A stretch of DNA of 64,000 nucleotides from Trichinella spiralis (lineage: Eukaryota). Within the stretch, counting starts at the first letter, position 1. Each line of letters opens with the position of its first letter. The notes beneath the pieces are model-generated. The model was not told the origin of the DNA. It made no database searches and saw only the letters and a program-made list of their open reading frames with translations. The stretch spans positions 2,365,666 through 2,429,665 of the forward strand of contig NW_003526943.1 in assembly GCF_000181795.1 (NCBI RefSeq), in the 5' to 3' direction. A program made the translations under genes and the position numbers. This document shows positions 52,603-64,000 of the stretch, one piece after another.

Positions 52603-55600
52603 TTATTCATTTTCAGGCGGTGCAATCTGGTATGTGATCAAATATTCCGGATAAGCCTGAAAAATGCAAACATCACTTAAACAAACATATGCATAATCGA
52701 GAAATGAAATACCTGTTCGCCTCTGTAGATTACATACTCAGGATAGGTTAAGCCATAGCCGGATGGTTTTCCAATTATTGAATGATGACCCGGCGGAGCG
52801 TGTGCCAATTTCATCGCAGTTGTATGGCCGAACGATTTTCCCAAAATTACCCGACACAAAAGTAACTGCCTAATTTCGATCAGAATAAATATTCAAAAAA
52901 AAAATTAAAATTAAAATCCAATTCAACAACCTCTTTCTTACCTGTGACAAACGTAACAAGATTTATCTTTGTGAGGCAAACATCCAGTGCCACCTCCAAT
53001 ACCATAGACGTACTGATTGCTTTTGCTGGAATGTTCGGCAAAATAGATGCCTATTGTATTAAATATAAATTTTCTTCAATTTTTTCTCAATCCTCAAAAA
53101 ATAATCTTCCCAACTTCACTATTACCTGCCCCGAACATGCCACCAATGTAAGCATGCCGCTCGTCGAATCCCTTCTGAACAATAGCGTTCACAAACGGAG
53201 AACCGTGGAACAGCAGTTTCTCGTTGTGCTGACCACTGTTCTCTTCGGCTATATCGTCTCGTCTACGAATATAACGTTCCCAAAGTCGTCGATTGAATAC
53301 TTTTTGCACCTGAAAATGTAAAATTGTATTAAGCCAAAATAATAATTTTTCACACAAACACACATTTACAAAATTATTATTATTATTACAATCTTTCTCA
53401 CCTTTGAAATATTATACTTAGTAAAAACACCTCCCGCTCCGGCCGGATCACTGTGAGGCACTATAGTACTTTGCATCTAAATGAAATTCAAAAATAAACA
53501 ATACAAATTTATTTATTTTTCATACTGTTTTCTTCTCTACAAAACAAATATACTACACACCTCATCTTCAACAGCCAAAAATTCCAAATGATCAGTAGGC
53601 AGTGGCACCAAAACAGCCCCATTAAAACCAACCGGAGTAGACGGAAATCCAGGCATGCTGCAACCGACTACAAAATTTAAAAATATTAACAACGCTGAAT
53701 AATAATATAGATTGATTAAGCTTCAATTAAAAAAAATACTCGGTTGGCCGATGGTCAACTTTTCAATGCTTCGAATCAACTTGTGACGTATTCCATACGT
53801 ACTAACACCAATAGCTTTCAAATCTTCGTGCGACATTTCGACCAAAACATCCAGTGTAATCTAGAAAAATATTTTTTGAAAACATACTAATAATAAATTA
53901 TAAAAAACAAATAAACAACACAAATAAATAAATAAATAATACTTGTTCTTTGTAAAATAAATCTTTCAAACATTCGAGACCGATGCTTTTTAAAAACAAA
54001 GGTACGCTCATTTCAGCCAAAGGTTTGTCTCGTTCTTGATGCAAAAAATCCCTGGCCCGATTCTGTTGCTGCTGTTGCTTAATCGGATACTGTAAAATAA
54101 TAGTTATTTGTTGGTCAAAAAAATAATAATAACATCTAAATATTGCGTATAAAAATCACTTTTTCCGTCGATTGGTCGGCAGAATTGGAACTGAACGTCG
54201 TGGAAAAGCTGAAAATATCATTCAACATTAACACCAAATGAACAAATAATAAATATAACTTCTTCATTTGCATACTTATCAACAGCGTTGGTGGAATTTT
54301 CGCCTGAAGGTATTGCCGTAAACGAAGACACGACCGGCAACAGCTCATCAGGAGATGCAATCAAAACAGTATCCAAACGACCAGTAGACGGCATGGCATC
54401 TTGCAAAAGAACGCGAACATCATCAGCCGTCGCCAATTCCAGAGGAATTTGATTTTCTTGATTGCGAATTGTTGGATCGGCTCCGTGATTCAACTTGAAA
54501 ATAATGCACAACCTTAGCAGACGAAATAACATTCAGCGACAGAATATTTCCCAACATACCAACAAAGTGACCAGATGGGTACGACCTTTCTGCGCAGCCT
54601 CGTGCAGCGGCGTAAAGCCCCACAAATCTTGAGCATTCACGTCGCCCTTGTTCTGAATCAGCAGATGCGCAATTTCCAAATGCTGAAACAACATAAGGGA
54701 TTGTGATGTATGCAAATTGCAAATAAAAAAAGAATATTAAATTCTATCATTTACGCCGTAAGAGGCAGCGTTGTGCAACGGAATCAAACCACCCTTGTCC
54801 TGTGCATTCACATCAGCTCCCATGCTGATCAAATATTCCGCTACGTCGTAATTGTTGTAGCCAGCTGTAAGAACATCAATTAATTGTAATAGATAATTCT
54901 GAACAAGAAAACAACAGAGCATCCATTCATTACCAGCCAAATGCAAAGGCGTGGAATTTCGACCCTGACCATCTCGACAACTCACATTTTCTGCAGTGAC
55001 AAGTTTCTTAACTTTCTCCAAAGATCCCGTTTTTGCTGCATCCAAAATAGCCGAATCTCCTATTAAAAAAATAAAAGTAAAAACATATATTGCATTTCAT
55101 TTTTCAATTCAATCGTCAAATACCTCGCAACAAATCGGCCACGTCGTCATTTTCACTGTCTTTGATTAAATCCAGCGGGGTGTGGCCATCTCGATTGGTT
55201 CTCGTCTTGTCCGCGCCGTTCGCCAGCAGCAGCTTGCAAATGTCGAATTTCCCTTTGGCAGCTGCCTCGTGCAATGGGGTAAACTTCCACAAATCGGCAG
55301 CATTCACGTCGGCACCTTGCTGCAAGAAAATAACAAAACCAAAAAAAAGGCATTTCAAATCAAATCAAATCAAACAACTCGGATATAGATCAATTCACCT
55401 GAACAAGAAATTCTGTCACTTCGTAATGACCGTACGAACAAGCATTGTGCAATGGAACCAAACCGCCTTTGTCTTTCGCATGAATATCCGCTCCGGATTG
55501 GACCAGAAATTTTACCACTTCCAAACGATTATAACCAGCAGCAAAATGCAGTGGAGTAGAATGACGACCTTCCACATCGCGACAGTTGATCAAAGATTGT

Positions 55601-58600
55601 TTATCATCCGATTGATTCAGTACAACTTTCACCATTTCCAAATCGCCAGCCTTAGATGCTTCCAGTAAACGATGTTCCAACGATTCACGAGCTCTTCTAC
55701 TCACAACTGTTGGATGTTCCTCTATAAAACAGAAAAATATAAAACAAAAAACTCAGTACAACAACAGACATCTCATTAAATTTCCGCATCTTTCATTATT
55801 TAATTTTACCAGCGCAGTGTATTAATTTTTTTAAGTTCTTCTTTCAAAAATAAATAACATCGATAATATATTTAATAATTAAACGCCTCATGTACAAACT
55901 GAATTTAAAATTTTAATAAGTTACCTAAAACTTGAACGACCATGCCAACTGCCAATTGTCTGGCAGTAAGTCCATGCAAGTTGACCGAACTTGCATCAAT
56001 GCCATGGTCAAGCAACAATTTGCACATGGAAACCAAACCCTTTTTAGCGCATCTGTGCAAGCAGGTTTGCCCTTCCCCGTCAAATAGGTTAATCTAAATT
56101 TTTATAATAAATAATACATTTAAAAATAAAAAAAAGAGAAAATAACAAACGTTAGCTCCTCTGAGAAGCAGAAACTCAACCAATTCCAAAGCATCTCGAT
56201 CGGCAGCAACATGTAGTGGACCAAGGAGATGTTTGTTTCTTTCATCTATATTGACTCCAACTGAAATCACAGCTTCAACCATTGATAAACAATTTGCATG
56301 TGTTGCTTCGCATAAAACGTGCTTTAAAAATAAAAAATTACATTTATCAACCAATAACAGTGCGTGTAAACAAAAAAACAAAGCGTGTAAAAATACCAGA
56401 GCATTCTGGCCTGTATAAGAATGCCTAAAACTGGCCGTTTCGGAAGAAAGAAATGTACGAAATTTGTTAATATCACCCGAATTACATGCATTCAGCAAAC
56501 TGTGGCCTTGGTACTCTTCTAAATTGAATGAGAAATTTACATTCTGATGAAAAAATTTCATCGTAAAATACGCATACTTGTCAACAATTCGCGCAGTTCA
56601 ACAGTAGGAGCTAAATCAATGGGAGTTTTTCCATTGGAATTTTTCACTGTTGGATTGGCACCGTGTGCCAGAAGGCAAATGCATACTTCAGTTCGACCTT
56701 TAATTGCGGCTTCGTGTAATGGCGTAAACTGCCAAAGATCAGTCGCATTTACATTGGCACCATGCTGAAGTATAACTTGAATAAAATAAATTACAAATCA
56801 GATTAATTAAAATTAATTTAAACCTTTATAAGCAATTCTGTAACTTCCAAATGACCATATGAGCAAGCGTTGTGCAAAGGAACAAGCCCTCCTTTATCTT
56901 GCACATGCACATCAGCAAAAAATTGCAATAATAATTGCACTATTTGCGTTCGATTATATCCGGCAGCCAAGTGAAGTGGAGTAGACTACAACACAAAGAT
57001 TCAACTAAAATAAATCCATGATACATCAAAGTATTAAATACCTTTCTACCATCATTAGCATGAATATTGACACTAAGTGGTGTTACGAGAGAAAGCAGCA
57101 CCTCTTCGTTGCCATTTCTTGCAGCTTCAAGTAATTCTTCTTTGCGATATTCACCTGAAGCATCATTAAAAATTTTTCCCTTAATTTTGAAAGATCATAT
57201 AATTTTAACCGTACATACCTGTAAAAACCTCTTTCACAACAGAATCTGCAATATCGAGAGGTGTCTTTCCATCCAAATTTTGAACTAACGGGTTAGCACC
57301 ATTCTGAAGTAAAACTAAAAATAAATAATTAATTAACTGCATACATATACAGAAAGAAACAAATAAATACAAAGAGAAATGAATACATGTAACACAAACA
57401 AACCTATGCAAACATCAACTTTTCCTTTAAGAGCGGCTTCGTGCAGTGGTGTATATCCCCAGTGATCGACTGCGTTCGGATCAGCACCATTTTTAATCAA
57501 CATTTTGGTCACTGCTGCATGGCCAAACGAACACGCATTATGCAAAGGCACGAGACCTCCTTCGTCACGCACTTCAGTGTTTGCGCCAGCCAAAAGAAGA
57601 ATCTCAACTACATCCTTTCGCCCAAAACCTAAACCGGTATGTTTCATTAATAATACGTTCAAAAATAACATGCCGGAATAATTAATTCTCAAAAATAAAA
57701 ACTAACAATGAACTACAAAAAATAAATGCACAATTTCCTTCAAACAATAATGTTCGACATAATTGAATAATTTCACGCAATTATTTACAAACATTGGGAA
57801 TTCAAAATGTTCATATCAAACGTTTTATAAAACAAAATTACTATTATCTTCAACTAGACTTTTTGAAATATTACACAAAATAAGTTACATTTTTCAAAAA
57901 CTTCAAATAACAAAAACAACATAAACAAAATTTAGCTATTATTAAATAAACAAAAAAAATTAAAATAATATAAATTTCAAAAGCAATTTTTAACGTAAGT
58001 TTGTTATTTGCACTTGCGCATCAATTTTAATTACAGTTGTTGTTAAGGATAAAAATGTTAGCAAATTTTGTTTTCGTTGTAAAACAGATATTCGATAAAA
58101 AATTAATACGCATTTTCATATTTTAAAAATGTTTTACACTAGCTGTAAAAATATAATAATTAACTTTGAAATGACCAAACCAGAATCATACTTTCATATT
58201 TTTACAAAGTGCACTGAACGTTTTATTTTTTTTTACAGAGCTACTTTCCACAAAAATTTTCAAATTACACGTCAGAAACATTCTCTGTTTAACTCTAACT
58301 AATTTCTGCCTACTTTTAATTTTCGCTTTTGGAATTATATACTGCAAATATTAACTTAAAACTTTTTGGTTATTATAGAATTCCATTTTTAAAACACTCG
58401 TTTACATTTCACAAAAACAGCACTACCTTTATAAACAAATTATAATGCAATTAACAGAGTAAATATTTAAAATCTCAAAATTCGCAAACCTGCCGCAAAA
58501 TGTAGAGGTGTTGATTTACGGCCAACAGTATCATGGCAGTTCAAATTTTTAGCATTGACAAGTTTCTTCACACGTCCCAAATCACCATCACGGCATGCTT

Positions 58601-58691
58601 CAAATAAGTCACGATTTGAATCACTGATGACACGACCGACAGCAGAGAGACTAATTTTCGGGCGCTGTCCACGATTAATTCTGCAAGACAT
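52603..58691 (-). CDS. TNKS: Tankyrase (ankyrin repeat clusters + SAM + PARP catalytic domain)
   Basis: Multi-exon; repeated [11 protein letters not shown] / [16 protein letters not shown] / [12 protein letters not shown] ([30 protein letters not shown]); PARP H-Y-E ([25 protein letters not shown]); zinc motif C..H....C..C; ends [17 protein letters not shown]. Confidence 0.96.
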
Positions 58692-59144
58692 TTTGCCTAA
58701 CAGGCAAATGAGTTCCCGCCTATCGATAAGACGAAATTTGCCTTAACTTTAACAAAATTCAGCTAATCGTTTTGATTTCTGGATAACTAAGGAAAACATG
58801 CAGTGCAAATAACCTGACTTTAACAAGTTGCAATTATATTACAGTAAGAATATGATTTGTAAGATGATTGTATATGATTCTACTCAAAAATTTACCTGAA
58901 AAATAATTTGCCAATTAAAATAATAACATAAACATGTATTAGAAATTTAAACTATTTCAAATATTATTATTTCTTTATATACACATTTTCAATGGATAAG
59001 ATTTCTAAATACAGTACCCTAAACATAATAATATCATAAATTCATACTATGATATGCTTTATAAATTATATTATTAATAAAAAACATGAAAATCAAGAGT
59101 AGTTCCTAAGTTTAAAAAATCTAAAACAAAGCTAATTACTAAAC

Positions 59145-59230
59145 GGGATGGTATACTTCGTGCCAAATTTTCAACGAACAACACCACGAAGGTCCAATAA
59201 AATAGCGCGTTCAACGACCATTAAAACAGG
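59145..59230. repeat. Second copy of the interspersed repeat seen at 5275-5332
   Basis: ccaataaaatagcgcgttcaacgacca (59194-59220) vs ccaataaaatagcgcgctcaacgacca (5275-5301). Confidence 0.65.
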
Positions 59231-59479
59231 GAAGTGAAAATCTGGCCCAAACCGTAATACAGGTATTTTATAATACGCATAAGACACAGGCAGCGCTGAA
59301 AAATATGCAAAAAGTATTACAAAGACTACAGTACATGATGTACCTGAGCGATCTCACTACAGTAACCTTGTTTTTAGCTGATGTCTTTATTCATCGTCAG
59401 TCTCGTGACACGCACTCTCCTCGCTAATCGTAGTTATCCACGACAATTAATGACTCGTGAGTGATACTTGCTACGGTGC

Positions 59480-61430
59480 CATCACGTCGCAACACGAACG
59501 ACGCGAGAAACGGAATCTCGACCTTCAACGCAGCCCACCCTGAACTGTGGTTCCTGCGTCTTGATGTATTTTTTCCACTTCGATGAAGCCAGCAAGCTCC
59601 ACATGGCTCTCAACGCGATGCCCGATGAAAGGGTCAGCTAATTTTGAGACTTTCTGTCGAGCGTCTGAAACCTGCCGAACCCGTTCACAACTTTCAGACA
59701 GCTATGCTTGGAGTGCATCACGCAGACAAAAGCCCAGCGCATTCTACAAGCGATGACGAATGAGAAGCTCAACGACGACAAACCGTCGCAGTTCCTACGC
59801 CGGATAGAACGACTCCTCGGCTGCGCTTCACAGGACGTTGCCGGGCAGTTGTTCCTCAGCAAAGTGCCGCAGTCCATCCGCACTGCCCACGCTCCTTTTC
59901 AAGACCGGATCGCAGCACTCCAATCCACCACAGCCGTCAGAAAAAGCTTGCAGCTAGGACATCAGCAGCTTCACAAGCCGCCTGGAACGTTTTGAATCAC
60001 TATTCCAGAAATTCTTCCAATGCCAAGACCAACGTGTTTTTATCACCGTCGTTTCGGCGACGAAGCCCGAAAGTGCGTCCCACCCTGTTCGTGGGGGTAA
60101 CAACACCGGCGCTCGACGCTAATGGCCGTCGTGTCGTTAGAAATTCACAGCCGTTGTCTGTACACAACCGGCGTTTATTAATTGACAATTGGGCTGCGGT
60201 AAGCTTGCTATCTGCCACGGCGTCACAGAAACAACAAGTGCGTCCAGCGTCCAATGAACCAATATTGCAAGCAATTAAAGGAGAAATAATCTCGGCAAGG
60301 AAATAATCACTGTCCAATTATCTGACCTCTCAGCTTTGATCTGGACGTTTATCGTCTCCAACGTGCAAGCCGCCATCGTGGGCGCCGACTTTCTCTACCA
60401 CCACCATGCAATAGCGGTCGGCATCAAACGCTCAAGACTTATAATGGCACCCAATAACGCCCCTGCGTCATCAATCAACGGCGCACTCGCCATTCAGTCT
60501 ACTGACAAATATCAGTCCTTGCTTGCATGTTTTTACCCATATCAAAAGGATATCACTCAAGCCGCAGTAAAGCAGCTTGAACCTAACATCATCTCGCATG
60601 CAATAGAAGCAGCCGATTCATTGCAAGCCCCGACGATTAATGCCACAGAAGCTACAGGTAGCCAACGGCCTATTTGGGCGAGGCATAATACGGCCGTCCA
60701 ACAGCTGCTGGGCGTCGCCACTGCACATGGTACTTGTAATGTATCAGATAATCTTGTTCGAAGATACTGGGAATACGTTAGAAACGGGAGTGAGTTAATG
60801 TGTGTGTGCGTGCCTTAGTTCCTAGCGTGTGTTGTTTTTGTCCAAACAAAAGTATACTTAACCTTCATCATGATAAGACATTACAGCACCCAAGTGGCAA
60901 GCCGCTCAGTGGGGACTGCTGTAGCTTGAACTGTTGCACCACGCCGGACCGGTACTCGCTGCCACATTTAGCCGATTTAGCACACTCCTACCATATCCCA
61001 GTGCAACTTCAACGTCTTTCTGATGATTTTAATTCACGGTGGTGCACCACCTCCACCCGACAACCGAGTATGCCCTATGGTAGACGCGTCTGACCACACA
61101 ATCGGAGCAGTCTTCCAGCAGCAGGTGAAAAACTCATGGCAGCCGCTGGCATTATTCTCCAGGCGCCTTTCTTTGACACAGAAAGTACTACCACATCTTC
61201 AAATGGTGATTTATTGGCAGCATATCATGCGGTCAGACACTTTCGTCACGCGTGGAATTTTTTGGTCTGCACCGACTATGCACAGCGTTAAAGAAGACCT
61301 CAACTGCTCGGCAGCGGAAATGTTGGATGGCTCGGTTTTGCGTTTACCAGTCGATTTCTTCATGGGCGACGCCAGCACCGGCGCAGCGACCTGACGGCGT
61401 TTGCGGAGGCACTCAGAAGGCCTGCGGCCA
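59480..61430 (+). mobile_element. Degenerate Ty3/Gypsy LTR retrotransposon (gag-PR-RT-RH-IN remnants)
   Basis: gag FNAAHPELWFLRLD and DKPSQFLRRI; decayed protease LLIDNWAAVSLL and AIVGADFL; RT GIIRPSNSCWASPLHMV and GD...LN..TTPDRYSLPH; RNase H VDASDHTIGAVFQQ..WQPLALFSRRL; integrase tail KEDLNCSAAEMLDGSVLRLP; many frameshifts and deletions. Confidence 0.9.
60735..60885. mobile_element. 151-bp solo-LTR-like insertion inside the RT remnant
   Basis: Ends TGTAATGT...ACATTACA (8-bp inverted termini), flanked by GTACT/GCACC (degenerate 5-bp target-site duplication). Confidence 0.75.
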
Positions 61431-62129
61431 ACGACGTCCTGATATTGTGCAGCCATGCATCATGCAAGGGGCCAACAGGATGAACAGCTTCTATATCGCT
61501 ATATATATATACATGCATATATATAGCTGCATATCTGTTTATTGGCTATTTCAGTGACAACAAATCTCTGATGATTGTCATAAAAATCAATAATCTTTTT
61601 TCATTTTTGCAAAATTTGCTGTACAGGTTTCAAAAGTGCAATCGGTTTATTGCTTTGCATTGTTTCTTCTTTAACTCATACAATACAGACTGATAAATAA
61701 TGTGATTTTTTTTTCAATAAACAGTAGCAACATGCATATGATTGCTGTTCATTGTAACTAACAGTGTCGTCGAATATCGATAAAAGTGAAAAAAAAAACG
61801 TAAATGCTGATTGATTCATTTCTCACTGAATTAAAAACAATTATTTTTCCCGTAATGAATATTTTTTTCACACGAATTATTATTTTGGTTAATAATTTGA
61901 GAAATGATGACAAAAAGGAAAATAAATATATTTTATAATAATACCATATCGAAATACTATTATTGTTCGGCATGTTTTTTTCAAAAATTACTTTTCGCGA
62001 CTAGGAGAGAGAAAGGATATTATTATAGGAGAAGAAGAAGAAGAAAGTGAGACGAAAAATACCGAACAAACACAATTAAGCAGAAAAAAGAAAGACAGAT
62101 AGAAAGAAAGCAATAAATTAATTTTCCAA

Positions 62130-64000
62130 TCAAATACTCCTGAGCATTGCTTCGATTGTTCTAGCGTTGTGTTTGTCGTTTTCGTTGCAAACGCAGTCCT
62201 TCACTTTGGATATCAGCTGTTCCAGCTGGCTGGTTTTGGCCAAAATGACCAATGGTCTGTCACCCCAGAGCAGTGTCAGCATGAGTTGCAAAATGCCGGC
62301 CAACTCCGCCTCTTCAATAAGCCTCGACGTGGTTCCAAGTTGCTGCTGCAGCCGTTCCGTGATCATGTTCAGCATGTTGCTCTTCCGTTCATACCGTACG
62401 TCGTCGTCCATCTCGTGCTGGTGGTAGACGTAGGCGTAGTTGGCCAAAGCGGCAACGGCGGCCATCCTGGCCGATTTCTTCTCACCTTGCAGAGCATCCA
62501 CCAATACCGGCATGCAGATGTGCTCGCAGTCGAGCATCGACTGCCGGGATGCTTTGTAGAGGAACGAGTTGGCAAAGAGACGGCAGACGACCGTCTGAAA
62601 TTGGCTGTAATTGGGGGAATGTTTGTCGGACACCAGCGAGCAGAGGAAGCTCAACAAGTGCCGGTCGGCGTCGACGAAAAACTGCTCACATCCGGTGCCG
62701 TCCAAAATGACAAGCCTCAATAAGTCGATCACCGGAACCAGATGTTCAGTCGGCCAGCGAAGCATCTTGTCCACCAATGGGAAATGGTTCCTGTTCGGTT
62801 TGCACGGTTTGGTGCTGAGCAATTTTTCCAACGAGTCCATCTCTGACGAACTGATTCGAGCATCCTCTTCTAGCAGCGCTTCGTTGAACTCTTTCAGCTT
62901 GCTAATTAGCTGCTTGGCGCTGAAGCTGTCCACCACTTGGTAACGTCGAAGCGGTATGTCGTCACTGACCGGCTTCAACGGGTCCAAATTTTCGACCACA
63001 TTCTGCGTGGGCACGTAACGACCGGCACCGGTCAGCGGATCCGAACCGTCCTGGTCAGAATTGCCAGTCCAGGCGACTGAAGCTGGGCGTGGCTGCTCTT
63101 GGCCTACAGTGTTCTTTTCGATAAAACTGACCACTTGGTTGAAATAAGCTTGCGGCAAATTGTGCTTGCGAATGAACGTCTGGGCTACGTGATGCACATC
63201 GTCGCCGATGTTGTACGGTAATTTGATCGGCGGATGACCGTCTGCAATGTCCACGTCAAACACATAGTCGTACTCTTTGCCGAGATAGGTCGGCTTGGCT
63301 TTCGGCTGATCGGGAGTGCCGACAATATCGCCCAATTTCAGCCAACGCTGTTCCACACTGGACCACTGGTACAATTCTGCTTGGTTGTTGTTGTTGCGAT
63401 TCAGTATCATTTTCGTGGCGCCGTCCCTATTGCCCGGTTCGTTCAAAGCTTCCAAGCCGGGCAGGTCGGTCTTTTTCAAATTGCCGATCATCTCTTCGGC
63501 TTTGGTGGCGATTTGGAAACGTGCCAGCTCAAGCTCGTATTCTATAACTCTTGCCTCGTCGACCGTCGAATCGGCTTTGTTGGGTGTAAAAATGCGGACA
63601 ACGGCGTCGTTGCACGCGCAAGCAATATCCCCGTTCGACAACGCGCACACTGCCCAGACAGTTTGACAGGGCAATTGGATAGTCTGCAGGCAGGCGCCGG
63701 TGTTGGGATCCCATATACGAACGGTGTGATCCTCACTAGCGGAGGCGAACCAGCAGGACGAACCGAAACTGCTCGTCAGCGAATAGACGTAGTGCTCGTG
63801 AGCGTAGTAGACGCGCGTGCACTGACCACTGTCCAAGTTCCACATGCGGCAGGTGTGGTCGTTGGAACAGGATAAAAACGATCGGCCGTCGGCCAGGACC
63901 GCCAAATCTCGAACACAGTCCTCGTGTCCTTGGAACGTAGTCGTGATGACGCCATCTTGCCAAAGCTTGATCGTCTTGTCCGCCGAACCGGACAGTAAGT
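62130..64000 (-). CDS. PLAA: Phospholipase A2-activating protein / UFD3-Doa1 (WD40-PFU-PUL); 5' end outside window
   Basis: Open frame to the window edge: SGSADKTIKLW, GHEDCVRDL, SCSNDHT, ASEDHTVRIW; PFU YLGKEYDYVFDVDI..KLPYN; DPLTGAGRYVP; PUL WP....PVIDLLRL. Confidence 0.95.
   Translation of the reverse strand, partial: LLSGSADKTIKLWQDGVITTTFQGHEDCVRDLAVLADGRSFLSCSNDHTCRMWNLDSGQCTRVYYAHEHYVYSLTSSFGSSCWFASASEDHTVRIWDPNTGACLQTIQLPCQTVWAVCALSNGDIACACNDAVVRIFTPNKADSTVDEARVIEYELELARFQIATKAEEMIGNLKKTDLPGLEALNEPGNRDGATKMILNRNNNNQAELYQWSSVEQRWLKLGDIVGTPDQPKAKPTYLGKEYDYVFDVDIADGHPPIKLPYNIGDDVHHVAQTFIRKHNLPQAYFNQVVSFIEKNTVGQEQPRPASVAWTGNSDQDGSDPLTGAGRYVPTQNVVENLDPLKPVSDDIPLRRYQVVDSFSAKQLISKLKEFNEALLEEDARISSSEMDSLEKLLSTKPCKPNRNHFPLVDKMLRWPTEHLVPVIDLLRLVILDGTGCEQFFVDADRHLLSFLCSLVSDKHSPNYSQFQTVVCRLFANSFLYKASRQSMLDCEHICMPVLVDALQGEKKSARMAAVAALANYAYVYHQHEMDDDVRYERKSNMLNMITERLQQQLGTTSRLIEEAELAGILQLMLTLLWGDRPLVILAKTSQLEQLISKVKDCVCNENDKHNARTIEAMLRSI

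Noticed and set aside
62011..62020. ATATCCTTTC on the minus strand, matching a U12 AT-AC 5' splice site
   Set aside because: Lies downstream of the PLAA stop with no TCCTTAAC branch point or exon found; similar matches near 21792 and 60545 are also out of context. No U12 intron could be supported in this window.

Overview
Eukaryotic, AT-rich, gene-dense genomic DNA with many short (about 50-70 nt) GT-AG introns. Gene content and architecture point to a clade I nematode, most likely Trichinella (inference). Genes reconstructed by hand from splice sites: secernin, coq-2, U11/U12 snRNP 35K, ZFAND2B/AIP-1, a KLF zinc-finger factor, a Cys-rich DUF19/CPG4-like protein, an M14B carboxypeptidase, an Hv1 proton channel, a divergent MAD2-like HORMA protein, TMEM120, ARMC5-like, ABHD17-like, a small HSP, a secreted tandem 8-Cys protein, an orphan Cys-loop channel subunit, an IL-17-family protein, BCCIP-like, tankyrase and PLAA/UFD3. 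Also present: two tRNAs, a degenerate Gypsy element with a nested solo LTR, microsatellites and one assembly gap. The standout is coq-2, which has two mutually exclusive duplicate exons: an L/S 'e-type' rhodoquinone exon and an F/A 'a-type' ubiquinone exon. The switch itself is known in helminths; candidate splicing-control elements are visible here. Other highlights are an Hv1 with unusual S3/S4 residues and an apparent GT-AT intron, a minor-spliceosome gene, and a tandem-acceptor secreted/anchored switch in the carboxypeptidase. All calls come from manual reading; no database searches were run.
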